From a virus: DNA of 64,000 nt. The stretch is taken from positions 1 to 64,000 of IMG/VR virus record IMGVR_UViG_3300035670_000147. One strand, 5' to 3'. Positions 27,346 to 36,659 of this stretch are shown here, piece after piece. The position numbers and the translations under genes are program-made. Under the pieces are notes generated by a model, which saw only the letters and a program-made list of their open reading frames with translations, was not told where the DNA came from and did no database searches. Numbering within the stretch: position 1 is the stretch's first letter; every line of letters begins with the position of its first letter.

Positions 27346-28371
27346 ATGGCTGACGAAGAACTGTTTTTTGAAAACGTATACGACGTTGTCGAGGCGTACG
27401 AAAAAGGGTTTATCGGCGCCTACAACGACCCCGAAGCCGACGCCCAATTGTGGGCAGAAGTCCGGGCCGCCGGCGGCATCCCAGACGGCGCGATGGCTTG
27501 CCAAGCCTACGGGCTCGAAAATAGCGGCAAAGGCAAACTCAGTTTGCCGGTACTAGAAATTGAAGCGCTGTACCCCAGTTGTTTGCCCGGCGGCGCACAA
27601 GGCCGCGGCGACTGCGTCAGTTGGTCGACGCGGAATGCCTGTCTCGGCACAATGTGCTGCGAGATTACAAGCGGCAAGCCGGACGAAGTTAGCGGCCGGC
27701 TGGAGGGCGCTCCGGAAGTCAGCGACGTCGCGCGCTTAAACGGCGTTTTATCGACGGAAGCGTTTTACAATTGGCGCCGGCACGGCGGCGACGGCTGGAC
27801 ATGTTCGGCCGCGGCCCGAGTGGCGTTAAAAGAGTCTGGCTTGTGGCTGCGCAAGAAGTACGAATCTATTAACGTCGATATGACGCAGTATTCGTCGCGC
27901 AACGCCGGCATTTACGGCCGGACTACGCCGCCCGAGTCGTGGCTTGAGATCGGCAAAGACCATTTGGTGCGCACCGCGACGGACGTCGAAGACTTTGAAC
28001 AACTCCGCGATTTGTTAGCCAATGGTTACTGTGTAAGTTCGTGCGGCTCGGAAGGATTTTCCAGTCAACGCAATGAGCATGGCGTCAGTTCGCGTAAGGG
28101 GTCTTGGGCGCACGCGATGGCCTATCTGGGCGTAGATGATCGCGACGCTATTAAAGCCATTTACAACGAGCCGCTCGTGTTAGTCCAGAATTCATGGGGC
28201 CAGTGGAATGACGGGCCTCGGCGAATTTTGGGTACGAATATCGACATTCCCGTTGGTTCGTTCTGGGCTCGCTGGTCAGATATTAAGAATCGGTCGATGA
28301 TCGCGTTCTCTGGCGTAAATGGCTGGCCGCCCAAGAAACTGAAGTCATATGGTGCGTTAGGTAACATTTAG
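27346..28371 (+). CDS. papain-like (C1) cysteine protease
   Basis: QGRGDCVSW (Gln/Cys), WAHAM (His), QNSWG (Asn). Confidence 0.85.
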   Translation: MADEELFFENVYDVVEAYEKGFIGAYNDPEADAQLWAEVRAAGGIPDGAMACQAYGLENSGKGKLSLPVLEIEALYPSCLPGGAQGRGDCVSWSTRNACLGTMCCEITSGKPDEVSGRLEGAPEVSDVARLNGVLSTEAFYNWRRHGGDGWTCSAAARVALKESGLWLRKKYESINVDMTQYSSRNAGIYGRTTPPESWLEIGKDHLVRTATDVEDFEQLRDLLANGYCVSSCGSEGFSSQRNEHGVSSRKGSWAHAMAYLGVDDRDAIKAIYNEPLVLVQNSWGQWNDGPRRILGTNIDIPVGSFWARWSDIKNRSMIAFSGVNGWPPKKLKSYGALGNI

Positions 28372-28461
28372 CGACATATCAGTTTTGATTTGTCGCGCGG
28401 AACGACATAAAAAACTTGTGTCATTCCGCGCAGACGTTCAAATACTTTAGAGGTTTGTGCC

Positions 28462-28737
28462 ATGCTTAACTGGTTATTAGCATTTTTTACCTCGCTTTTT
28501 TCTTGGGGTGGCGTGCAGCAAGCCGAGCCGCCGCAGAAAGATTATGTCGGGTATGTGGCGGCTGAGGCGGCATATTCGGCGCTAATTCCCGTAGCAGAGC
28601 CCACCAAGCCGAAAGTGCCCACAAAAGATTGCACGACCTGTAGGGGCACTGGCCGCGTCCGCACAGGCGACGATCAGGGCTGGACAAAATGCCCGGATTG
28701 CGAGGGTTTGCCGCCGAGTGACGCTATTTCGCAATAA
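28462..28737 (+). CDS. exported protein with CxxCxGxG zinc finger
   Basis: Signal peptide; CTTCRGTG...CPDC. Confidence 0.7.
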   Translation: MLNWLLAFFTSLFSWGGVQQAEPPQKDYVGYVAAEAAYSALIPVAEPTKPKVPTKDCTTCRGTGRVRTGDDQGWTKCPDCEGLPPSDAISQ

Positions 28738-28850
28738 TTGCTCGTCAGCCAATAATTGCGAAATAGAATACCGTTGCCGAAATTCGTAATGTTCGATATA
28801 CAAAACATTACGGAGGCTGACGTTCGATATATGCTACGTAAGGTGCAAGG

Positions 28851-29351
28851 ATGCCCGATCTGAAAAAAGTCACAGGGAAGTGCTATACGTTCCGCGGCCT
28901 CAAGTTTTATGCTGAAAACGGCTTTATCTGCCTGCACGACGAGGATACGGGCGAATTTTACGTCCTGACGCGCAAAGAATTCTTGCTGCGCGCTCAGGCG
29001 CTCTCCGAAGAAGCCGCCCGTCTTCGTCACGTTGCCGCCGCGAACCCCGATAAAGCGTCGTGGCTCTCCGCTGACCGCTCTGAGTTAATTCGCGCGATCG
29101 AGGAGATGATTGCCTGTACTAATGAGGCAAAAGAGCAGGGCGACCGTACAGACCCCGCCGTCGATGCTTGGTTTATGAAGCACCGACCCTCTCGCAAAAG
29201 CAGAATTTCGTTGGTAAGTGCTGCAGATTTTAAGACTGCAATGCCCGGCGCCCTTCCTTTAGGCCGAGATACTGGAAAACATGTCGCTCCAGACTTTACA
29301 ATGGGGGCTAAGCCAAATACCCCTAAAAAGTTAATTCTGCCGGGAGAGTGA
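28851..29351 (+). CDS. hypothetical phage protein
   Basis: 166 aa ORF in operon context. Confidence 0.7.
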   Translation: MPDLKKVTGKCYTFRGLKFYAENGFICLHDEDTGEFYVLTRKEFLLRAQALSEEAARLRHVAAANPDKASWLSADRSELIRAIEEMIACTNEAKEQGDRTDPAVDAWFMKHRPSRKSRISLVSAADFKTAMPGALPLGRDTGKHVAPDFTMGAKPNTPKKLILPGE

Positions 29352-29352
29352 C

Positions 29353-29871
29353 ATGGATTTAGATAGCATTGACGAAAAGACGGCGTTTAAGTTGGGTTTT
29401 GCCACGCGCTGCTTTGAAATGGGCCTCGAACCCGCGCAGGTCAAAGAAGCATTCGAAAAAAGCGCACTTCTTCCTACATTTCTCGGCGGTACCGGCACTG
29501 GAATATTAAGCCGCTTGGCGCCCGGATTAGCCGCCCGCCTCGCCCCGATTGCCGCGCGCACCGGACCTTGGGGTAAATGGATGGCTGGCGGCGCTGCTGC
29601 GGCCGGACTTCCCGCTGCTGGCTTTTTCGCAAGCGGCGCGCCGCTGCAGGCCATAAAAGACATGGGTCTGCTTGGCATCGGCCTCGGGGGCGGCGCGGGC
29701 TTACTGGGCGGCGCAGCGCTCGGCTACGGCAAGGCCAAGTTAGACGAGGAGCCGGTCGATGAGGACGAAATCAAGTCCAAGGAACTCTCAGATACTTATA
29801 AGGCGTACACGGCCCGATTGAAGTCTCAGCGGGCCTATCAGCAGTACCGCAAAGCGCGCGAAAGCGCCTAA
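29353..29871 (+). CDS. Gly-zipper putative virion protein
   Basis: AFKLGF leader, FEKSA motif, Gly-rich TM-like segments. Confidence 0.65.
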   Translation: MDLDSIDEKTAFKLGFATRCFEMGLEPAQVKEAFEKSALLPTFLGGTGTGILSRLAPGLAARLAPIAARTGPWGKWMAGGAAAAGLPAAGFFASGAPLQAIKDMGLLGIGLGGGAGLLGGAALGYGKAKLDEEPVDEDEIKSKELSDTYKAYTARLKSQRAYQQYRKARESA

Positions 29872-29886
29872 CCACGGAAGGGTCTT

Positions 29887-30234
29887 GTGAGTACACGGAA
29901 GTATTTTCAAGAGATAGCAGGCCAGCAGCACGGAAACCATCGCCTTTACTGGCCCGGCACGCCAGAAGGTTTTCCTGTAATCGCGCCGCCGGGAACCGCT
30001 CCAAACCTCAAACAAGAGGAAATGGAGAACATCGACTTCCGGCTCGATTTCAAGTCCAAAATGTTTGAATTGTGGGATACGGCGCAAAAAGCCGAATTTG
30101 ACGACATCAATGATAAAATAGTCAACGGTTGGTACATGCTGCAAAAGCGGTCTGACCACTGGGACGACGAGCACAAACACTTTCGAATCTGGCTGGAGTG
30201 GTGCCAAGTTTACGGCATGATTCCGCCCAAATAA
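29887..30234 (+). CDS. hypothetical phage protein
   Basis: 115 aa ORF, GTG start. Confidence 0.7.
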   Translation: MSTRKYFQEIAGQQHGNHRLYWPGTPEGFPVIAPPGTAPNLKQEEMENIDFRLDFKSKMFELWDTAQKAEFDDINDKIVNGWYMLQKRSDHWDDEHKHFRIWLEWCQVYGMIPPK

Positions 30235-30246
30235 CGGCAGGCGATT

Positions 30247-31263
30247 ATGGGCTACGCAGAAGACGGCAAAGAAATCATAAATAACATTGTGTTGGGCACC
30301 GGAGTCGGGGCCTCGGCGACGGGGCTGTATTATCTGGCCAAGAAACTGCGGAAGCGGTTTGAAGAGCAGTTGGCTAAGAATGCGCCCAATACGCCGGACT
30401 ATCACGACGTAGCCCTCGACGTGCCGAAACTCGAATCGCCTGCCCAGCCGAAGTTAGCATTTGACGCTTACAGTGTCGCGACACCTCTGGCTACTGGCGG
30501 TGCGAGCGCAATTCTGGCGGCGGCCCTGTCGAACAAAAAAAATAAACTTCGTAACGCCGCTATTGCAGGCGCGCTGGGTGCCGGCGCCGGCGCTGGTTTG
30601 AACACCAAGCCCGTGCACGAGTTTGTCGGTAAAAATATCCCCAGTTCTATCTTCCCGTTTCTCGAACCAGTTATGGGCGGCTCGTGGTTTGACCGCGGCT
30701 CTGGTTACAACGCTTGGAACGCCGCTTTGAATGTAGGTGGCGCCGGCCTTGGACTCGCAGGCGGAAAAGCCCTATACGACATGTCGGTCGCTCCGCAACT
30801 TGAGGTCGAGAAAAAGAAGGAGCACTACAACAGCGTAAACGACGCCCGTAAAAAATACTTTGACGCACTGCTGCGTGACGAAGACGACGACAAGAAGAGC
30901 GACAAGAAAGCCTCGGTAAACGACGCGCTCGAAGCCGCGTACACAGCCTACGCCGAAAAGAAAGCCGACTGGAAGGACTACATCAATCCGCTCAAACTGC
31001 CGCTATTAAAGCAGGTCTTTTACGACTTGCCCAACATGTACGCGGCGGCTGGCGTGGGCGCGACATTAGGTGGCGGCCTAATCGGCGGCAAATACATGTA
31101 CGACAAGACGATGGCGGCGTCAAAAGCCAAGAACTTGGCGAAAGCCCTCGCCGCCAAGGAGCGAATGAAAGATGCGCTGCCAGTGTGGGTCGACCCGCAA
31201 GAACTGGCGCAAATTAAAGACGTAGCCGCCGAGAAGGGCCTAGCCGCTGATCAAGGGGTGTGA
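30247..31263 (+). CDS. Gly-zipper putative virion protein
   Basis: PKLA, DKKAS and EKKAD motifs; repeated Gly-rich helices. Confidence 0.65.
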   Translation: MGYAEDGKEIINNIVLGTGVGASATGLYYLAKKLRKRFEEQLAKNAPNTPDYHDVALDVPKLESPAQPKLAFDAYSVATPLATGGASAILAAALSNKKNKLRNAAIAGALGAGAGAGLNTKPVHEFVGKNIPSSIFPFLEPVMGGSWFDRGSGYNAWNAALNVGGAGLGLAGGKALYDMSVAPQLEVEKKKEHYNSVNDARKKYFDALLRDEDDDKKSDKKASVNDALEAAYTAYAEKKADWKDYINPLKLPLLKQVFYDLPNMYAAAGVGATLGGGLIGGKYMYDKTMAASKAKNLAKALAAKERMKDALPVWVDPQELAQIKDVAAEKGLAADQGV

Positions 31264-31265
31264 CC

Positions 31266-34200
31266 ATGTCAGACCCGCTGCCCCCGCTGCGCGCCCCCGC
31301 TCCGTTTCCTCCCGCTCCAGCGCTCCCGCAGCCGACACCGCCACAAACGCGCGCATTCGGTGATGTTGGGGCTCTGCGCGACAGCATTTTTAACGAGGCG
31401 CTCCGCTCGGCGTCAGGGATCGAGCCGATTCAGAACGACCTGTATACGTTAAAGTTAACCAACGTCGCGTATACGGGTCCGGAACGCTACTCCCGTAAAG
31501 ACCAAAAGAAAGCGGTGTTAACTCGCGGCTCGTTGGCGCGAAAGTTAACAGGAACGTGGACTTTAATAGAAAATGGCTCGGAAAAGCCTGTCGCTACGCG
31601 ACAGGCTACTATAGCAAACGTGCCATATCTGACCGACTCGGGTACGTTTGTAAACAAAGGTGTCGAATACACGCTGGCACACCAACTCCGACTTCGGCCG
31701 GGCGTGTTCACGCGCGAAAAAGATAACGGCGAACTGGAGTCGCACGTTAACACGCTGCCGGGCAAGGGCCGCTCGCACCGGTATTACATGGACCCCAAAA
31801 CCGGCGAGTTTCAAATCCAAATCGGGCAGGCCAAGATTCCGCTGATGCCGCTGCTGAAGACGCTCGGCGTGCAGGAAAAGCAGATACGGGAAGCGTGGGG
31901 CAACGAGATCGCCTCTGTAAACATGCAGAAGGGCGATGCGGGCACGCTGGATAAACTTTACAGCCGCCTCGTGTTCAAGCCAGACCCCGCCGCAGATCAG
32001 TTAGCCAAGATCAAGGCTATCGCCGCGGAGTTCGCAAAAACAGAGTTAGACGAAGAGGTCACGAAACGAACGCTGGGCAAGCCGTACAAAAATCTCACGC
32101 CGGAAGCGATTCTCGACATCACCAAAAAACTCATCGCTGTTAATCGAAAAGAAGCCGACAGTGATGACCGAGACAGCATGACGTTTCAGCAAGTCTTTGG
32201 GCCGGAGGATTTGATATCAGAACGGTTTGTGAAAGATAAGACCGCGTTGCGTCAATTGTTGTGGAAAGCGACCGCAAAGAAGTCGCTCGACCATATTCCC
32301 AGCGGCGTATTTAACAAAGCCATTACCGCTGCGCTAATTGGCTCTGGGCTGGGTTCATCGCTCGAAGAAATTAATCCGGCAGAAATCTTTGACCATCAAA
32401 CGCGGGTCACCCGCCTTGGTGAGGGCGGCATTGGTTCGATGGACGCCGTACCGGCGGAATCGCGCAGCGTCCAGCCCAGCCATTTCGGGTTTATCGACTA
32501 CCTGCGCACGCCCGAGTCTGGCAAGGTGGGCGTCGACATGCGCTTCGCGTCGGGCGCCCGCAAGTTAGGTAATAACTTGCACACGTTTGTCGTGCCCGTC
32601 AAGAACGCTAACACTGGCGAGACAGAATATAAAACCCCGCAAGAACTGTCGGACATGCCGCTCATGTTTCCGGGCGAAGAGAAGTCCGACCTGCCGATGG
32701 TTGCGGCGCTTGTTAACGGCAAGATCAAATACGTGCCACGCAAGGACGCGCAGTACACCGTGCCGAACATGGACAACACTTTTTCGTCGCTGACAAACAT
32801 GGTGCCGATGAAAAGCATGGTAAAAGGCCAGCGCGTCATCATGGGCAGCCGCATGTTTACGCAGGCGCTTCCGCTTGAAAATGCTGAAGCCCCGTTTGTG
32901 CAGTCCGCTAAGTTTGATAGCGACGGGTCTATATCGCACGAAGACGAAATGGGCGAAAAGTTAGGCGCGATTAAAGCCCAAGTTGGCGGGCAGGTTCTGT
33001 CTGTCACGCCAGACGACATGGTTATTCGCGACAAGGACGGGCAAAAACACACGATAGACCTGTACAACGACATGCCGTTCAACCGAAAGACGTTTTGGAC
33101 GCAGACGCCGACAGTCAAGCCCGGCGATACGGTGCAGCCCGGCCAACTTATTGCCACAAGCAACTTTACTGACAAAAGCGGCTCGGCCGCGCTGGGGCTG
33201 AACTTGCGCGTAGGCTACACGCCGTTTCGTGGTCGGAACTATGAAGACGCGGTTGTGATATCTGAATCGGCGGCCAAGAAACTTACTAGCCAGCACATGT
33301 ATCAGCACGAAGCCGAGTGGGACGACAACACGCACGTCGGAAAAAAGTCTTTTTTGAGTTTGTTTCCCGCCGAATATGACAAGAAGGTGCTAGAAAACTT
33401 TGACGACAACGGCGCAATTAAAAAGGGTTCAATCGTAAACTTCGGTGATCCGCTTGTGCTCGTCGCCAAGAAGCGCGATCAGGTGTACGGCAAAGTACAC
33501 CGCGGCCGAGCGGGTGCTTTTGCAAATGAAACAATTACGTGGGAACATCATTCTCCGGGCGTTGTGACTGACGTTGAGCACACAAAAAAGGGCGTATCGG
33601 TCGTCGTGAAGTCGCAGGCGCAGATGGAGGTTGGCGATAAAATTACGGGTCGTTTCGGCGATAAGGGCGTTGTGTCTGAAATTGTGCCGGACGACCAGAT
33701 GCCGCAGGACGCGAAGGGTCGCCCGCTTGAAATTCTGGTCAGTCCGCTCGGCCTTATAAACCGCGTAAACCCGGCGCAAATTATTGAAGCGGCTCTCGGA
33801 AAAGTTGCCGAAAAAACTGGCAAGCCGTTCAAAATCAAAGACTTCGACAACGACAATGATTTGATCGAAATGGCGATGGCTGAGTTGACTAAAAACGGTC
33901 TGACAGACACCGAAGACCTGATAGACCCCGAGACTGGGCGCAAGATTCGCGGCGTGCTGACTGGCAATCGTTTCTTTATGAAACTGCACCATACGGCAGA
34001 GTCGAAGGGGCAGGGGCGGTCTATTGGTGGTTACACGGCAGAAGGCACGCCGGCAAAAGGCGGCAGCGAAGGCGCCAAGCGTGTCGGCATGTTGGAACTG
34101 GGTGCGCTTCTTTCGCACGGTGCCGGCAAAGTAGTCCGCGACGCCAAAATGGTGCGCGGACAGGCTAACCCTGAGTATTGGACGCAGTTCATGGCCGGTT

Positions 34201-35696
34201 ACGACCCGCCGCTGCCCAAGGTGCCGCACGTCTACGAAAAGTTTGTGAATCAATTGCGAGGCGCCGGCGTTAACGCAGTTCGGACCGGTACGAAAACGCA
34301 CATCATGGCGCTGACCGACAAGAACATCGACGAGTTAGCGGGCGACCGTGAAATCCAGAACGCCGAAACCGTGGATTGGAAGGGCAACCTTAAGCCCGTA
34401 AAGGGCGGGTTGTTTGACGAAACACTCACCGGCGGGCATAACGGCAATCGCTGGTCAAAAATAACATTGCACGAACCGATGCCGAATCCAATCATGGAAG
34501 AACCAATTCGGCGTACGCTTGGGCTGACAGAAAAGAAATTTCGCGCGATACTCGCCGGGCAAGAAAAACTGGGCGACAAAACTGGCCCGACAGCAATTCA
34601 CGAAGCGTTGAAAGCCGTTAACCTGCCGCGCGCAATCGAACAAGCGCGTGCTGATATTAAGTCTGGTCGCCGCACACTGCGCGACGCGGCGGTGCGTCGC
34701 TTGGCGTTTTTGAAGGGCGCCGAAGCAACGGGCGTGCACCCCAAAGACTGGATGCAAACAAAGGTAGGCGTCTTGCCGCCGGCATTTCGCCCCGTGTCGA
34801 CGATGGGCGCAAAAAGAATGCAACTTATCGACGACGCAAACTATTTGTACAAAGAACTGCTTGATTCAAATAACGTGCTGAAAGAAGCGTCTGGATTACT
34901 GTCGGATGTGGGCAACGAGCGGCTGTCGCTGTACGACTCGATGAAAGCCGTCTCAGGTTTAGGCGACCCGCAGCACCCGAAAAACGTCGAGCGAAATGTC
35001 CGCGGATTTTTGTCAAAGATATTTGGTGATAGCCCCAAGTTCGGCACGATGCAGCGCAAGTTGTTGTCGAGCACCGTCGATCTTGTAGGTCGTGCGGTAA
35101 TTTCGCCCAACCCAGACCTCGACATGGACGAGGTAGCGCTGCCCGAAGACAAGGCGTGGGAGATTTACAAGCCGTTCGTGGTTCGCGGCCTTATTCGGCG
35201 CGGAATGCCGCGCATGAACGCGCTGCGCGCCGTTGAAGAACGCAACAAAGAAGCGTTTGCTGAGTTAAATACGCAGATGGGGTCGAAACCAATTGTTATT
35301 AACCGCGCTCCGGTGCTGCATCGATACGGCGTAATGGCGTTTTACCCGCGTCTTACCAAGAACAAAGTCATGGAAGTCAACCCGGTTATTACCAAGGGGT
35401 TCGGGGCCGATTTCGACGGCGACGCGATGCAATATCACGTCCCCAGCACCGACGATGCCGCGAAAGAAGCCATAGAAAAAATGCTGCCTAGCCGCAATTT
35501 GTTTGCGGCGTCCAACTTTAAAGCGCATTACGTGCCCAACAAAGATTACCAAACTGGTGTATACTTAGCGTCCAGCAAGATTAATAGCAAATCAAAACCG
35601 CGCGTATATCGCACCAAAAAAGACGCTCTCGCGGCCTACCGCCGCGGTGACATCGATGTAGACACGCCGGTACATATTGTGGAAGATAAAGCCTGA
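31266..35696 (+). CDS. rpoB: DNA-directed RNA polymerase beta fused to the N-terminal half of beta'
   Basis: Beta motifs TPESGKVG, MGSRMFTQA, NYEDAVVIS, GDKITGRFGDKGV, RVGMLELGAL; then beta' motifs GGLFD, VLPPAFRP, VDLVGRAVI, NRAPVLHR and catalytic GADFDGD. Confidence 0.95.
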   Translation: MSDPLPPLRAPAPFPPAPALPQPTPPQTRAFGDVGALRDSIFNEALRSASGIEPIQNDLYTLKLTNVAYTGPERYSRKDQKKAVLTRGSLARKLTGTWTLIENGSEKPVATRQATIANVPYLTDSGTFVNKGVEYTLAHQLRLRPGVFTREKDNGELESHVNTLPGKGRSHRYYMDPKTGEFQIQIGQAKIPLMPLLKTLGVQEKQIREAWGNEIASVNMQKGDAGTLDKLYSRLVFKPDPAADQLAKIKAIAAEFAKTELDEEVTKRTLGKPYKNLTPEAILDITKKLIAVNRKEADSDDRDSMTFQQVFGPEDLISERFVKDKTALRQLLWKATAKKSLDHIPSGVFNKAITAALIGSGLGSSLEEINPAEIFDHQTRVTRLGEGGIGSMDAVPAESRSVQPSHFGFIDYLRTPESGKVGVDMRFASGARKLGNNLHTFVVPVKNANTGETEYKTPQELSDMPLMFPGEEKSDLPMVAALVNGKIKYVPRKDAQYTVPNMDNTFSSLTNMVPMKSMVKGQRVIMGSRMFTQALPLENAEAPFVQSAKFDSDGSISHEDEMGEKLGAIKAQVGGQVLSVTPDDMVIRDKDGQKHTIDLYNDMPFNRKTFWTQTPTVKPGDTVQPGQLIATSNFTDKSGSAALGLNLRVGYTPFRGRNYEDAVVISESAAKKLTSQHMYQHEAEWDDNTHVGKKSFLSLFPAEYDKKVLENFDDNGAIKKGSIVNFGDPLVLVAKKRDQVYGKVHRGRAGAFANETITWEHHSPGVVTDVEHTKKGVSVVVKSQAQMEVGDKITGRFGDKGVVSEIVPDDQMPQDAKGRPLEILVSPLGLINRVNPAQIIEAALGKVAEKTGKPFKIKDFDNDNDLIEMAMAELTKNGLTDTEDLIDPETGRKIRGVLTGNRFFMKLHHTAESKGQGRSIGGYTAEGTPAKGGSEGAKRVGMLELGALLSHGAGKVVRDAKMVRGQANPEYWTQFMAGYDPPLPKVPHVYEKFVNQLRGAGVNAVRTGTKTHIMALTDKNIDELAGDREIQNAETVDWKGNLKPVKGGLFDETLTGGHNGNRWSKITLHEPMPNPIMEEPIRRTLGLTEKKFRAILAGQEKLGDKTGPTAIHEALKAVNLPRAIEQARADIKSGRRTLRDAAVRRLAFLKGAEATGVHPKDWMQTKVGVLPPAFRPVSTMGAKRMQLIDDANYLYKELLDSNNVLKEASGLLSDVGNERLSLYDSMKAVSGLGDPQHPKNVERNVRGFLSKIFGDSPKFGTMQRKLLSSTVDLVGRAVISPNPDLDMDEVALPEDKAWEIYKPFVVRGLIRRGMPRMNALRAVEERNKEAFAELNTQMGSKPIVINRAPVLHRYGVMAFYPRLTKNKVMEVNPVITKGFGADFDGDAMQYHVPSTDDAAKEAIEKMLPSRNLFAASNFKAHYVPNKDYQTGVYLASSKINSKSKPRVYRTKKDALAAYRRGDIDVDTPVHIVEDKA

Positions 35697-35716
35697 TTGT
35701 TCACACGGAGGTAAAC

Positions 35717-36448
35717 ATGGATTACACGGTAAATCCGGAACTGCTCGCGCTTGCGAACCGGCGCGTATTCGAAAAATCGGCGGTAGTGCCTCCGCAGGGC
35801 GGCATGGGTGTCGACCAGTCGCAGCAACTCGGTATGGCGCCCCCGACCCCGGACGCAATGGGCGCGCAACAGCCGGTTGACCCGGCACAGGCCGCCGCCG
35901 CTGCTGGCGGCGCGCCCCCAGCCGCTCCTCCCGGCATGATGGACCCGGCTATGTTGGGCGCGTTGCCACCCGCCACTCCGACCGCGCCGGCTCCCGGCGC
36001 CGCAGGGCAAAAATTGAAGCCCGAGCAGATGATGCAAATGCTCGATTATCGGCTGTACAACATGCAGCAGCAACTCACGGCGATTATGAACGCTATGGGC
36101 GTGCAAGTCGCGCCGGAGTCGCTTGTGTTGCCTCCCGGCACTACTGGCGCGCCGCCCGCAGAAACTGCGCTTCCGGGCGGCCCCATGGCCCCGCCGCCGG
36201 CACCAGAAGGCGCGGCCGGCCCGCAACCCCCCGGCGGGCCCATGCCTCCCGGAGGTCCGCTGCCTCCGGGCGCACCGCCTGCAGACCCGGCAGCCGGTAA
36301 GCAAGCGAACTGGTGGGAGCGCGTCGAGGCGCACGCCGTTAGCCGCGTAGGCCGCCCCGTAAGCCCCGACATTGTGACCATTGATCTGCAAGCGAAAGTC
36401 GGCGCCGCGAAGGCGTTGCACCGGAGTTTAGCGGACGATGCTCGTTAA
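35717..36448 (+). CDS. Pro/Gly-rich putative virion protein
   Basis: GGAGG RBS; FEKSA and GKQA motifs. Confidence 0.7.
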   Translation: MDYTVNPELLALANRRVFEKSAVVPPQGGMGVDQSQQLGMAPPTPDAMGAQQPVDPAQAAAAAGGAPPAAPPGMMDPAMLGALPPATPTAPAPGAAGQKLKPEQMMQMLDYRLYNMQQQLTAIMNAMGVQVAPESLVLPPGTTGAPPAETALPGGPMAPPPAPEGAAGPQPPGGPMPPGGPLPPGAPPADPAAGKQANWWERVEAHAVSRVGRPVSPDIVTIDLQAKVGAAKALHRSLADDAR

Positions 36449-36653
36449 AACTCAGCACAACTTAATGCCGGCGGAGCAGAAAGCCCACAGCGTTGTCGTT
36501 GAAGACGATTTAGGTAATCCTATTTTTGTCGCAACGCATTTGGTGGACGGCATTCTGTACTCAGCCGTCGGGGATAAAGATTTTAAGGCTGTGCTCAACA
36601 TGGTCGGGCTGACGAATGCGCCCGAAGTTAAAGAATTACCGCCGCCGAAGTGA
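36438..36653 (+). CDS. hypothetical phage protein
   Basis: 71 aa ORF between the RNAP genes. Confidence 0.65.
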   Translation: MLVKTQHNLMPAEQKAHSVVVEDDLGNPIFVATHLVDGILYSAVGDKDFKAVLNMVGLTNAPEVKELPPPK

Positions 36654-36659
36654 TATATC

